This document shows, piece after piece, positions 47,145 to 56,632 of a stretch of DNA of 64,000 bases (position 1 is the stretch's first letter; each line of letters opens with the position of its first letter). The translations under genes and the position numbers were made by a program. The stretch is from a bacterium (GTDB lineage Bacteria > Patescibacteriota > Minisyncoccia > Phycocordibacterales > Phycocordibacteraceae), in contig JAJZTG010000003.1 in NCBI GenBank assembly GCA_021849125.1, positions 2,133-66,132 of the forward strand, in the 5' to 3' direction. The notes below the pieces were generated by a model. The model searched no databases. It had not been told where the DNA came from and saw only the letters and a list, made by a program, of their open reading frames with translations.

Positions 47145-47876
47145 ATGAGCCGTATCGTCCCCGCCGTCCTCCCGGCTTCGCATAAGAACTTCGACGATAC
47201 GCTCGCGCTTCTTTCGCTTATTCCCAATGTCTCACGCATTCAGATCGACGTGGTCGATGGGCATTTTGCTGCGCCGGCATCCTGGCCCTACACCGCGCCG
47301 CATGAGCTGCGCGACATGGTGGCGCGCGGCGACATGCTCCCCTCGCTTGACCGTATCGCGTACGAGGTGGATCTCATGTGCCTCGATCCTGATCGCGCGG
47401 CCGAGGCGTGGGTGGCGCTCGGCGCGTCACGGCTCACGGTGCACGCCGAGAGCACGACGGACTTGCCGCGTCTTCTCACTACGATGCGCAAGCACTACGG
47501 CTGCGATCTCATCTCTTGCGACCTGGTCTCGATAGGCGTGGCCCTCAACATCGAGACGGATCTGTTGCTCGTCGAGCCGCACCTCGACAAGGTCGACTAC
47601 GTGCAGTTCATGGGCATCGCGCGTATCGGACGACAAGGAGAACTTTTCGACCGTCGCGTGGTCGACAAGGTGCGTTCCTTCCATACGCGTCACCCGAAGA
47701 TCGACGTACAGATCGACGGCGGCGTTTCGCTCATACATGCGCATGAACTCTCTGCACTCAATGTCTCCGCGCTTATCGCTGGCTCTTCGATCCTTCGTTC
47801 GGCCGATCCGCGCGCGGCGTACGCAAAACTCGAAGAAACATTCAACGATCTTCCGAAAGGGCATAGGGTATACTAA
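47145..47876 (+). CDS. rpe: ribulose-phosphate 3-epimerase
   Basis: IVPAVLPASHKNFDDTL ... IQIDVVDGHFA ... VQIDGG. Confidence 0.85.
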   Translation: MSRIVPAVLPASHKNFDDTLALLSLIPNVSRIQIDVVDGHFAAPASWPYTAPHELRDMVARGDMLPSLDRIAYEVDLMCLDPDRAAEAWVALGASRLTVHAESTTDLPRLLTTMRKHYGCDLISCDLVSIGVALNIETDLLLVEPHLDKVDYVQFMGIARIGRQGELFDRRVVDKVRSFHTRHPKIDVQIDGGVSLIHAHELSALNVSALIAGSSILRSADPRAAYAKLEETFNDLPKGHRVY

Positions 47877-47883
47877 AGGACAC

Positions 47884-48741
47884 ATGGCACTCACCGACGA
47901 GAAGATCGCCGAGCTCGAGCAGACTGCGGAAAAGATCCGTGAGACCATCATCGGCATGCTCGTAGCCGCCGGAAGCGGTCACACGGCAGGGCCTCTAGGC
48001 ATGGCGGATATCTTTACCGCTTTTTATTTCCATATCCTGAAACACGACCCGAAGAACCCGGACTGGGAAGAGCGCGATCGGCTCGTGCTCTCGAACGGTC
48101 ATATCGTGCCGGTGCGTTACGCGGCGATGGCGCACGCCGGGTACTTTCCGATTGAAGAGTGCGCGACTCTGCGCAAGTTCGGCAGCCGGCTCCAAGGGCA
48201 CCCGGAGCGTATCCGCCTGCCGGGACTCGAGACGACCTCCGGGCCGCTCGGCGAAGGTCTCTCGCAGGCGACCGGCATGGCCTACGCTTTCCGTATGGAC
48301 GGCCGCCGAGAGCGCGTGTATTGCCTCGTAAGCGATGGTGAGCAGGAAGCAGGGAATACGTGGGAGGCAGCGCTCTTTGCCGGCAAGCACAAGCTCTCGA
48401 ATCTCACGGCGGTCATGGATCGCAACAACATCCAGATCGACGGCATGACCGAGGACGTGATGCCGCTCGAGCCGATCGCTGACAAATACCGCGCTTTCAA
48501 CTGGCATGTGATCGAAGTGAACGGACACGACATCCCGGCATGCATCGCGGCCGTCGAAGAGGCGCAAGCGATCTACGAGAAGCCGACGATGATCATCGCG
48601 CACACGATCCCTGGGAAGGGCGTGCCGGAGATAGAGTTCGATTATCGCTGGCACGGCAAACCGCCTACGGCGGAAGAGGGCAAGCGCTTCCTCAAAGAGC
48701 TGCGCACGCTGCAGGGCAAGGTACCGAACGAGTATGCGTAA
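47884..48741 (+). CDS. transketolase, N-terminal subunit (split form)
   Basis: TPP-binding GSGHTAGPLGMADIF and GHPE motifs. 285 aa. The C-terminal half is encoded separately at 49368. Confidence 0.85.
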   Translation: MALTDEKIAELEQTAEKIRETIIGMLVAAGSGHTAGPLGMADIFTAFYFHILKHDPKNPDWEERDRLVLSNGHIVPVRYAAMAHAGYFPIEECATLRKFGSRLQGHPERIRLPGLETTSGPLGEGLSQATGMAYAFRMDGRRERVYCLVSDGEQEAGNTWEAALFAGKHKLSNLTAVMDRNNIQIDGMTEDVMPLEPIADKYRAFNWHVIEVNGHDIPACIAAVEEAQAIYEKPTMIIAHTIPGKGVPEIEFDYRWHGKPPTAEEGKRFLKELRTLQGKVPNEYA

Positions 48742-48744
48742 TCT

Positions 48745-49059
48745 ATGCACATAATTTATTTACCAAAAGCCGCTGATTTTGTCGCAAATCTCGACGATCC
48801 GCTTGTTGGGCGGGTGCGACGTACGGTGAAGCTTCTGGAGACTCTGGGAAGCGGGTTGCGAATGCCATTCTCGAAGCCGGTCGAGCATGGCCTCTTTGAG
48901 TTACGTATTGTAGGAGCTGTCCATGTCAGATTGCTGTACTTTTTCTATAAAGGAGAGGCAGTAGTCGTACATGCGTTTGCTAAAAAAACTGAGCGGTTAA
49001 GCCGTGGAGATATCGAGTATGCGCTTTTGGCACGGAATACCTTCATTGCAGAGGTATAA
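48745..49059 (+). CDS. type II toxin, RelE/ParE superfamily (HigB/Gp49-like)
   Basis: 104 aa. LFELRIVGAVHVRLLYFFYKGEAVVVHAFAKKTERLSRGDIEYA matches the Gp49/HigB-like pattern. Followed by an XRE-HTH partner. Confidence 0.65.
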   Translation: MHIIYLPKAADFVANLDDPLVGRVRRTVKLLETLGSGLRMPFSKPVEHGLFELRIVGAVHVRLLYFFYKGEAVVVHAFAKKTERLSRGDIEYALLARNTFIAEV

Positions 49060-49073
49060 CGTATACGTTATAC
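49054..49073. promoter_or_regulatory. perfect 20-bp palindrome GTATAACGTATACGTTATAC (candidate antitoxin operator)
   Basis: Overlaps the toxin stop codon. 9 nt upstream of the antitoxin ATG. Confidence 0.5.
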
Positions 49074-49081
49074 TTGCGAGT

Positions 49082-49381
49082 ATGAAAAAAATAAAGGTTA
49101 TCACGCAAGAAGAGCTTGACCGCCGGCTCATGAAAAAGCCTGGCTTCAAAAAGGCCTATGATGACCTTGAGCTCGAGTTCGCGATTATTGAGGCTTTGAT
49201 TCATGCTCGTATGAAGCGCGGCATGACGCAGGAGAAGCTTGCGAAGAAAATCGGCACGAAACAATCCGCCATCGCTCGCTTCGAGTCGGGACGTTCCAAT
49301 CCGACCTTCGCCTTTGTTCAGAAACTTTCCGATGCACTTGATCTGAAGATTACCGCTACTCCCCGCTATGCAAAACGCTAA
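49082..49381 (+). CDS. XRE-family HTH antitoxin (HigA-like)
   Basis: MTQEKLAKKIGTKQSAIARFESGRSNPTFAFVQKLSDAL is a Cro/C1-type HTH. Confidence 0.75.
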   Translation: MKKIKVITQEELDRRLMKKPGFKKAYDDLELEFAIIEALIHARMKRGMTQEKLAKKIGTKQSAIARFESGRSNPTFAFVQKLSDALDLKITATPRYAKR

Positions 49382-50360
49382 CGCACATCTGTCGGAAAAA
49401 ATATTTTCTTCTGACATCGAACAGGCGCCGACGCGCGACGGTTTCGGCACCGGTTCGGTGGAAGCAGGGAAGTCTGACGCGCGCGTGGTCGTGCTTTGCG
49501 CCGACCTTGCCGAGAGCACGCGCGCGGAGAAGTTCCAGAACGAATTTCCCGATCGATTCGTCGAAGTCGGCGTTTCCGAACAGAACATGGCCACGCTTGC
49601 AAGCGGCATGGCAGCTGCCGGCAAGATTCCCTTCATCGCAAGCTATGCCGCCTTCAGTCCGGGTCGCAACTACGAGCAGATCCGTACGACCATCGCGCTC
49701 AACGAGATGCCCGTCAAGGTCTGCGGCATGCACGCGGGCGTTTCGGTGGGGCCGGACGGCGCGACGCATCAGATGCTCGAAGACATCGGCCTCATGCGCA
49801 TGCTCCCGGGCATGACGGTGATCGCACCGGGGGACGCAGAAGAAGCGCGTAAGGCGGTCGTTGTGGCTGCAAAGACGAACGGCCCGGTGTACATCCGTTT
49901 CGGGCGTGCAGCGACACCCGTCTTCACGACTGCCGATACGCCCTTTGAGATAGGGAAGGCGCTCATGCTCTGGGAGAGCACGGAACCGAAAGTAGCGATC
50001 CTTTCGACCGGCTCCTTGAGCTACGCGGCACTCGCCGCGGCACAGCAGCTCGAGCAAGAAGGCGTGGGCTCCGTTGTGCTCCATGTGCCGACCATAAAGC
50101 CGCTCGATGCGGAGGCTATTATCAGCGCCGCGTCGCGTGCCGGCCGCGTCCTTACGGTCGAAGAGCATCAAGCTATGGGCGGCTTCGGGAGCGCCGTCGC
50201 GGAACTCCTTGCTGAGCGCCATCCGGTACCGATGAAGATACTCGGCATTGCTGACGAGTTCGGCCAGTCGGGCGAACCCGACGAACTCCTCAAGCACTAC
50301 GGCCTCGATGCGGGAAACATCGCTGATGCGGCGCAAACGCTCATCGCTCTGGTATACTAG
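49368..50360 (+). CDS. transketolase, C-terminal subunit (split form)
   Basis: Pyrimidine-binding and C-terminal domains: FVEVGVSEQNMATLASGMA and the IRFGR region. 330 aa. Confidence 0.85.
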   Translation: MQNANAHLSEKIFSSDIEQAPTRDGFGTGSVEAGKSDARVVVLCADLAESTRAEKFQNEFPDRFVEVGVSEQNMATLASGMAAAGKIPFIASYAAFSPGRNYEQIRTTIALNEMPVKVCGMHAGVSVGPDGATHQMLEDIGLMRMLPGMTVIAPGDAEEARKAVVVAAKTNGPVYIRFGRAATPVFTTADTPFEIGKALMLWESTEPKVAILSTGSLSYAALAAAQQLEQEGVGSVVLHVPTIKPLDAEAIISAASRAGRVLTVEEHQAMGGFGSAVAELLAERHPVPMKILGIADEFGQSGEPDELLKHYGLDAGNIADAAQTLIALVY

Positions 50361-50369
50361 GGACAACGC

Positions 50370-50534
50370 ATGAAAAGCAATCTCGCTTCATTTCTCATAG
50401 CGCTTGGCATCCTTTTTCTCAGCTTCGGAGCCATGTGGCTCATCCTCAAACTCGCAAGCCCGCAGGTGACGTTAAAAGTGGGCGGCAACGAGGCGACCTA
50501 CTCCGACCTTCAGCAGTCGATCCTGAAACAATAG
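50370..50534 (+). CDS. small membrane protein (54 aa), candidate
   Basis: MKSNLASFLIALGILFLSFGAMWLILKL.... Preceded by the extended -10 TGGTATACT (50350..50358) embedded in the transketolase 3' end. Absent from the ORF track because it is under 60 aa. Confidence 0.35.
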   Translation: MKSNLASFLIALGILFLSFGAMWLILKLASPQVTLKVGGNEATYSDLQQSILKQ

Positions 50535-50538
50535 ATTC

Positions 50539-51522
50539 TTACAGGGTCGTGACCTTGTAATCCGCAGGCGCTTCCGCAAGGAGCGCCTCGAGCTTTTCGC
50601 GCGAGAGGAGTCCCTTCTGGGCGCCGACTTCCTGGACGACGGCCATCGAGTTTACCGGGCCCCAGAGGAGCGCTTCATGAAGCGGCTTTCCGAGCGCGAG
50701 CGCGGCAACTACGGTCGAGGTGGTAGCGTCGCCCGCCCCGGTGCGATCAAGAGGAGGCTTCGGGTCAGGGTACATCGGGACTTTGAACATGGAGCTGCCA
50801 TCGGAAGCATAGGCGCCATTTGGGCCATCGGTGATAAGGACGATCTTCGGGCCGAGCGCGTGCATCTTTTCAAGCAGTACCTTGATAGCGGTCTCGCCGA
50901 GCTCAAGGATGCGCTCGGCTTCTTCTTTGTTGCAGGCGACAAGCTCGGTCTCTCTGTAGAGTGCGGCAAGCTTCTCTTTGCCCATCGACATCTGGAAGGT
51001 GCCTGGCTGGAACGCAAGCTTCGTTTCCGGATGTTCCTTGAGCCACGCGGCGAGGTCGAGATGGAACTGTTCCGAGTTCTCTCCGGCAGAAGAGAGATAG
51101 ATCCATTCGGGCGGCGTGAAGCCTTCCGGGATCACGTACGGATACGCTTCGTGGCGGATGAGGATCGTGCGCTCGGCTTCGTACCAGAGTACGTAGTGGT
51201 GGTTGGTCGGGATACCGTCGTTCACCTGGATGTGCGCCGTATCGACGCCTTCACGCTTGAACATCGCGAGGATCTCCTCGCCATAGCGGTCATTGCCGAC
51301 ATTCGATACGAAACCGGAGGAGAGGCCGAGCCGCGCGGCCGCAACGGCCGCATTCGCCGCATTACCTACGCCCGGGACGAGCACCGAAAACTCGTACGGG
51401 ATCTTGTCGCCCCACTTCATCGAGATGGTGCATTCTTCAGCGTTAATCTGGCAGCTGACATCGGCTTCCTTAAGGCGGATAAATTCGTCGACGGTAGTGT
51501 CACCGATAGCTATGAAGTTCAT
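50539..51522 (-). CDS. PfkB-family carbohydrate kinase (ribokinase-like)
   Basis: N-terminal GDTTVDEF/GG dinucleotide region and C-terminal DRTGAGDATTSTVVAAL (anion hole/GAGD motif). Confidence 0.8.
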   Translation of the reverse strand: MNFIAIGDTTVDEFIRLKEADVSCQINAEECTISMKWGDKIPYEFSVLVPGVGNAANAAVAAARLGLSSGFVSNVGNDRYGEEILAMFKREGVDTAHIQVNDGIPTNHHYVLWYEAERTILIRHEAYPYVIPEGFTPPEWIYLSSAGENSEQFHLDLAAWLKEHPETKLAFQPGTFQMSMGKEKLAALYRETELVACNKEEAERILELGETAIKVLLEKMHALGPKIVLITDGPNGAYASDGSSMFKVPMYPDPKPPLDRTGAGDATTSTVVAALALGKPLHEALLWGPVNSMAVVQEVGAQKGLLSREKLEALLAEAPADYKVTTL

Positions 51523-51567
51523 GTGGGGATTTTACCATGTCCGGTGACCGCGTCGCGCCGGCATCGC

Positions 51568-51576
51568 ATGCTAAAA
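51568..51576 (+). promoter_or_regulatory. extended -10 TGCTAAAAT
   Basis: 7 nt upstream of the fba ATG. Confidence 0.4.
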
Positions 51577-51583
51577 TAGCGGC

Positions 51584-52576
51584 ATGACTGATCTCGTTTC
51601 CATCGCACGCTCGTTATTCGCGTCCGGCAAAGGCATCTTGGCTGCCGACGAGAGCGTGCACACCGCGACCGCACGTCTCGCGTCTTACGGTGTCGAAGCA
51701 GGAGAGGAGATGCGTCGCCAGTATCGCGACCTTTTCTTCGGCGCGGAAGGCGTCGAGCAGTATCTTTCAGGCATCATCCTCTTCTCGGAGACGCTTGCGC
51801 AGAAAGGGGATGACAAGAAACGCTTCCCGGAGTCGCTTTCCGAACGCGGCATCGCGCCGGGCGTGAAGGTCGACCTTGGTACCGAGCCGCTTCCGACGAG
51901 TCCGGAAGAGCTTATCACCCAGGGTCTCCTCGACCTCAGCGAGCGCCTCCAGGAATACAAGAAGCAGGGAGCTGTCTTCACCAAATGGCGCGCGGTGGTC
52001 CGTATCGACGGGGATCAGCTTCCTTCTGCAGCAGCCCTTCACGAGAATGCGAAACGGCTCGCGGCATACGCCAAGGAGGTGCAAAGCGCGGGGCTCGTAC
52101 CGATACTCGAGCCGGAAGTGCTCTATGCAGGGAAGCATAGCCGCATGCGTGCACGCGCGGTCTTGAGCGAGACGCTCGGTACCCTCTTCTCGCTCCTTGA
52201 GGAGACGGCGGTCGATCTTGGAAGCGTCATCCTCAAGACCTCCATGGTGCTTTCGGGCAGCGAGAGCGGGAAGAGCGACACGCCCGAGGAGGTCGCTGCC
52301 GATACGCTCACGGTACTTCTCGAGCAGGTGCCTGCCGAGGTCGCCGGTATCGTATTCCTCTCGGGCGGCCAGACGCCGGACCAGGCGACTGAAAACTTGC
52401 GTGCTATCGCAGCGCTTGCGAAGAAGGAGAACGCCCCTTGGCCGCTCACGTTCTCCTACGCCCGTGCGCTCCAGGAGGAGGCGCTTGCGCTCTGGAAGGG
52501 CGAACCAGAGAACGTTCCGGCGGCGCGCGCAGCCTTCCTCAAACGCCTCGAGAAAGTGTCCGCGGCGCTCGGGTGA
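51584..52576 (+). CDS. fba: fructose-bisphosphate aldolase, class I
   Basis: GKGILAADES, and the Schiff-base lysine region ILEPEV...LKTSMV. 330 aa. Confidence 0.8.
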   Translation: MTDLVSIARSLFASGKGILAADESVHTATARLASYGVEAGEEMRRQYRDLFFGAEGVEQYLSGIILFSETLAQKGDDKKRFPESLSERGIAPGVKVDLGTEPLPTSPEELITQGLLDLSERLQEYKKQGAVFTKWRAVVRIDGDQLPSAAALHENAKRLAAYAKEVQSAGLVPILEPEVLYAGKHSRMRARAVLSETLGTLFSLLEETAVDLGSVILKTSMVLSGSESGKSDTPEEVAADTLTVLLEQVPAEVAGIVFLSGGQTPDQATENLRAIAALAKKENAPWPLTFSYARALQEEALALWKGEPENVPAARAAFLKRLEKVSAALG

Positions 52577-52612
52577 TTGCTTTTCCGCGCCGTTTCCCGT
52601 ATATTGAGGCCC

Positions 52613-53242
52613 ATGCTTACTCTTGAAGTCACGAAGCGCGACGGCGCCACGACCCTTTCCGCGCTCCGCAAGGCGGATAAGGTTCCGGCTATCGTCTATG
52701 GCGCACACCAGGAGGCGACGCCGATCACGATCGACGGACGCGCGTTCGACAAGGCGTTCCGCGAAGCGGGCGAGGCGACCATCGTGTCGCTTACCGGCCT
52801 CGGCGCAGCGATCCCTTCGCTCATCCACGATATCTATCGCGATCCGATCACGGGTGCTGCCTGCCACGTAGACTTCTACGCGGTCACCAAAGGCGAGAAA
52901 GTCGAAGTCGCGATCCCGCTCGAGTTCGTCGGCGAATCGGATGCGGCGAAGGCCGGCGCTAACGTCGTGAAGGTTCTCCACGAAGTCGAGGTCAAGGCGG
53001 ATCCGATGCAGCTCCCGCACAACATCGAGGTCGACCTCTCCGCGCTCGCAGCGATCGATGACCGCATCTGCGCGAAGGACCTCAAGCTCCCGTCGGGCGT
53101 CGAGCTCATGCTCGATCCGGAAGAGGTCGTCGCGCTCGCGCAGGCAGTCGTCGAAGAAAAAGAAGAGGCTGCACCAGCCGATATCTCCTCGATCGAAGTC
53201 GAGAAGAAGGGCAAGGAAGAATCCGAAGAAGCTGCTGCATAA
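52613..53242 (+). CDS. rplY: 50S ribosomal protein L25/general stress protein Ctc
   Basis: LEVTKRDGATTLSALRKADKVPAIVYG... plus an acidic C-terminal tail. Start trimmed to the ATG at 52613. Confidence 0.8.
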   Translation: MLTLEVTKRDGATTLSALRKADKVPAIVYGAHQEATPITIDGRAFDKAFREAGEATIVSLTGLGAAIPSLIHDIYRDPITGAACHVDFYAVTKGEKVEVAIPLEFVGESDAAKAGANVVKVLHEVEVKADPMQLPHNIEVDLSALAAIDDRICAKDLKLPSGVELMLDPEEVVALAQAVVEEKEEAAPADISSIEVEKKGKEESEEAAA

Positions 53243-53257
53243 GCCGCAATCGACGCA

Positions 53258-53266
53258 TGGTACACT
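53258..53266 (+). promoter_or_regulatory. extended -10 TGGTACACT
   Basis: 8 nt upstream of the ATG at 53275. Confidence 0.4.
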
Positions 53267-53274
53267 AACCGGAC

Positions 53275-54663
53275 ATGCGCCGGTTTTTTCTTTTTGTGCT
53301 CATAGGAATCATCGTCATGCCGTCTGCCGTTTTCGCGCAGAATGCTGCTCAGGCGGTATCGGCTCGCCAGCAAGCGTTGCAGAATCAGCTCTCCGCGATC
53401 GAAGGCCAGATCGCCGAACAGCAGAGGCTCCTTGATGTCGCACAGAACCAGCATCAGACGCTTCAATCGCAGATAGACGCTTTCAACGCCGAGATCAAGA
53501 AGACACAGCTCCAGATCCAGGCGATCAATCTCACCATCACCAAACTGAACGGCGATATCGACGTGCATGATAAGACGCTCACGCAGCTTTCCGCGCAGCT
53601 CGAAGCGGGGAAGGAGTCGCTCGCGCAGATCATGCGCCAGACGCAGATGCTCGATGACTACTCGATAGTCTCGGTGGCGCTCGGGTCAGAAGATGTGTCC
53701 GGTTTCTTCAGCGACCTTGACGCGTTCACGTCGATCAAGAGCTCGCTCGCAACTTCATTTTCTAGGATACGGCAAACCAGCGCTTCGACGGAGACGGAGA
53801 AACAAGCGCTTCAAGCGCGCCTTGCCGAGCAAGAACAGCTTCGAACCATCGCCCAGCTTGCAAAGCAGGCTGTGCAGAATCAGGAGGCCGAGAAACAGAA
53901 GCTTCTCAAACAAACCAAAGGCATCGAAGCGAACTACCAGAAGCTCATCGCGGGTAACCAGAAGACGGCGGCACAGATACGCTCCGAGCTCTTCATGCTG
54001 CGCGACACGGCGGCGATCCCGTTCGGTACCGCGCTTTCGTATGCGCAGGCTGCAGAACGCGCGACCGGCACGCGAGCTGCGGTGACTCTGGGAGTACTCA
54101 AGCAGGAGACCAATCTCGGTGAGAATGTGGGTACCGGTACGTGGCGAGCTGATATGTCACCGACGCGCGACCGTCCGGTCTTCGCCTACATCACGCAAAC
54201 GCTCGGACTCGACCCGGACAAGATGCCGGTCTCGAGGAAACCTTGGTACGGGTGGGGCGGCGCGATGGGCCCGGGACAGTTCATCCCGTCGACCTGGGCC
54301 TGCTACGGAGGGTTCGTAAACGTAAATACCGGCACCTGCACGCCGACTTCTTCGGTAGGCGGCAATGCTTTCTGGCAAGGGCCGTGGAAGTATGTCGCGA
54401 GCAAGGATCGTGTGCGCAAGCTTCTCGGCGCGAGCGTGCCGAGCAATCCGTGGGACGCGCGCGTCGCGATCATGGCGACCGCAATGCTCATGGCCGATAA
54501 TGGGGCGTCTGCACAGACGCCTGCAGCCGAGCGGCTTGCGGCGCTCCGTTATTTCGCCGGCTATGCGGGCGCGAAAAATCCCGCCTATGCCTTCTATGGC
54601 GACGGCGTGATGCAGTTCGCTTCGCAATTCCAACAGGACATAGACCAGTTGAGAGGGTACTAG
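53275..54663 (+). CDS. secreted coiled-coil protein with C-terminal MltB-like lytic transglycosylase domain
   Basis: Signal peptide MRRFFLFVLIGIIVMPSAVFA. Q/L-rich coiled coil. C-terminal GVLKQETNLG...WGGAMGPGQFIPSTW resembles the MltB AGAMGxxQFMPST motif. Confidence 0.55.
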   Translation: MRRFFLFVLIGIIVMPSAVFAQNAAQAVSARQQALQNQLSAIEGQIAEQQRLLDVAQNQHQTLQSQIDAFNAEIKKTQLQIQAINLTITKLNGDIDVHDKTLTQLSAQLEAGKESLAQIMRQTQMLDDYSIVSVALGSEDVSGFFSDLDAFTSIKSSLATSFSRIRQTSASTETEKQALQARLAEQEQLRTIAQLAKQAVQNQEAEKQKLLKQTKGIEANYQKLIAGNQKTAAQIRSELFMLRDTAAIPFGTALSYAQAAERATGTRAAVTLGVLKQETNLGENVGTGTWRADMSPTRDRPVFAYITQTLGLDPDKMPVSRKPWYGWGGAMGPGQFIPSTWACYGGFVNVNTGTCTPTSSVGGNAFWQGPWKYVASKDRVRKLLGASVPSNPWDARVAIMATAMLMADNGASAQTPAAERLAALRYFAGYAGAKNPAYAFYGDGVMQFASQFQQDIDQLRGY

Positions 54664-54736
54664 CGCTTTCCGGTGTCGGATTATCCCCATACGCGCGACC
54701 AAAGGTTGCGCGTAAGAGGGGTATACTGAACTCATT

Positions 54737-55492
54737 ATGATGACTACGCACACGAAGATCGCTTGGACAGGTATAGCAGCCATTATCATTCTTGCAGGGG
54801 GGTCCTATGTTTATTACCGACTTTCGCATAAGCCAGTAGCTCCGGGAAGCGTTTCGACTACGCAGCAGATCAAAGCCCCGCGCGTTTTCCTCGGGTCTAT
54901 CGCATCGGTCTCTACTGACGGATCGCAGGTTACGGTGCAGGGGTTGCCGGATACCAAAGACCCATTCACTCATGTGGCGATGATCCTCCCCTCGACGCAC
55001 ATTGAGAAGGTCGTCACTCAGACCGGTCTCGATGGGAAGCCTGAGAAGCAGCTGGTCGTCGAAGTCGATACGAGCGCACTTACGAAAGGGCAGAAGGTGA
55101 CCGTCGAGTATGCTGGCGATACTGAAAATGCTAGCCGCATCTCGTTCCTCGTCGAAAACAACATCGATGCGTACATCAAAGAGGCTTCTCAAGCAGAAGC
55201 AAGCCCCTACCTCAAGGGTCGTATCATCGCAGTCGATGCAGCTGCGAAGACGATCCGTTACTATCCGTACACCTTCGGCAAGGTCGAAACGAAAGAGATG
55301 ACCGTAGCGGTTCCTGATGGCGTAAAGATATACACAGTCGACGATCCGGTACGCATCGCGATCACGCACGCGTGGGTACCCGCAACGGCCGCTGCGCTCC
55401 AGGTGAACGCGACCTTCTTCATCGCGGCCGATCCAAAAGCGCTCAAGAACAGCAAAGTCGTCGCACAGGCGTTCATCGTTTCTCAGAAATAA
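54737..55492 (+). CDS. N-terminally membrane-anchored hypothetical protein
   Basis: TM helix IAWTGIAAIIILAGGSYVYY. -10 TATACT at 54721. Confidence 0.5.
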   Translation: MMTTHTKIAWTGIAAIIILAGGSYVYYRLSHKPVAPGSVSTTQQIKAPRVFLGSIASVSTDGSQVTVQGLPDTKDPFTHVAMILPSTHIEKVVTQTGLDGKPEKQLVVEVDTSALTKGQKVTVEYAGDTENASRISFLVENNIDAYIKEASQAEASPYLKGRIIAVDAAAKTIRYYPYTFGKVETKEMTVAVPDGVKIYTVDDPVRIAITHAWVPATAAALQVNATFFIAADPKALKNSKVVAQAFIVSQK

Positions 55493-55510
55493 CCGCTCTC
55501 ATCTAAGCGT

Positions 55511-56632
55511 ATGAAATCCCTCCGGCTCCAGGCAACAAAACTCTCTCTAGGATTCCTCGTGCTTGCAGGTGCGTTTGTGGGTTTTGCCGGTGTCGCGGAT
55601 GCAGCGACGACGACCTGTACGAATCAATGCGTTGGCGGGTATGAGACGCAGTCGTACTCTTGCGTAACCGATTCCGGTACGGCTTGTTCCAGTACAAGCT
55701 TCTATTGGGGTGGCGGTTGCGGGTATGGGGCGGGGACGTACGGTCCTGGTTGCTATCCATATACCTGCTACGGTACCTGCACCCAGCAGGTCTGGAACAG
55801 CTGCCTCTCGACGACGCAGGTGTGTACGACCACCTATGCTTCTTGTTCTGGCTCGGGGACCCTGAGCTGGGGAGCGGGATGTTCTGCCACAGGCTCTTAT
55901 TCCGCGCCTAACGGCGGTTCAGCAACCGCGGATAATTCAGCCTCAGGATATACAGGCTCAATAACCTATTCTTGTTCGGATGGCGCTTGGGTCGGACCCA
56001 CGAGTTCTTCCTGTACCTCTTGCACCTCAACCGGTACTTTTGATTGCGCTCCAGTTGCCGGAACGTACGGAGTTCCAGTCGGTGCGACCGGTACAGGCAC
56101 CTATTCGTACAATAGCTGTACCGGAGCGATTACGTACACGGGAGGCTGCACTGTGCCGGTGAAAGCCCCGACGTCCGCGTCGGTATCGGCTTCGCCGAAT
56201 CCCGCCTATCTTACGGGTACGGTAGGCATATCGTGGAGCGGCAATAATGCTCCGACGAGCTACAACGTGACAGTGGGCGGTACAACCTACCCGGTCGGTG
56301 CGCTCACTTCCTGGTCGGGACTCGTGACCGATCTTATCTCTACGATAGGTACCTATCCGCTTGGCGTTCAGGCTTGCAATACGGCAGGATGTGCAAGCGG
56401 TTCCGGCTCGCTTACGGTAAGCGGTCCGAAGATCAACACCTTCTCTGCAAGTACCGCGACGCTTCCGAAGGGTGGGGGTACCGTGACTCTTACCTGGGAT
56501 AGTGCGGGTGCGAAGACCTGCACGGCATCAAATGCGCTCGGTTCCGGTAACTGGTCCGGTCCGGTTTCGATCTCGGGTACCATGACCGTCTCGACGACTG
56601 ATACCAATACTTACTATTTGACGTGCAACTAA
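55511..56632 (+). CDS. secreted Cys/Gly/Thr-rich protein with Ig-like Trp-Cys domains
   Basis: Signal peptide ending ADA. About 30 Cys in the N-terminal half. C-terminal domains with the ISWSGNN...TGT and LTWDSAGAKTCTAS...TYYLTCN pattern. Confidence 0.55.
   Translation: MKSLRLQATKLSLGFLVLAGAFVGFAGVADAATTTCTNQCVGGYETQSYSCVTDSGTACSSTSFYWGGGCGYGAGTYGPGCYPYTCYGTCTQQVWNSCLSTTQVCTTTYASCSGSGTLSWGAGCSATGSYSAPNGGSATADNSASGYTGSITYSCSDGAWVGPTSSSCTSCTSTGTFDCAPVAGTYGVPVGATGTGTYSYNSCTGAITYTGGCTVPVKAPTSASVSASPNPAYLTGTVGISWSGNNAPTSYNVTVGGTTYPVGALTSWSGLVTDLISTIGTYPLGVQACNTAGCASGSGSLTVSGPKINTFSASTATLPKGGGTVTLTWDSAGAKTCTASNALGSGNWSGPVSISGTMTVSTTDTNTYYLTCN

Noticed and set aside
51767-53020. 417-aa minus-strand ORF spanning fba and rplY
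   Set aside because: Antisense to two conserved genes. Arg-rich composition.
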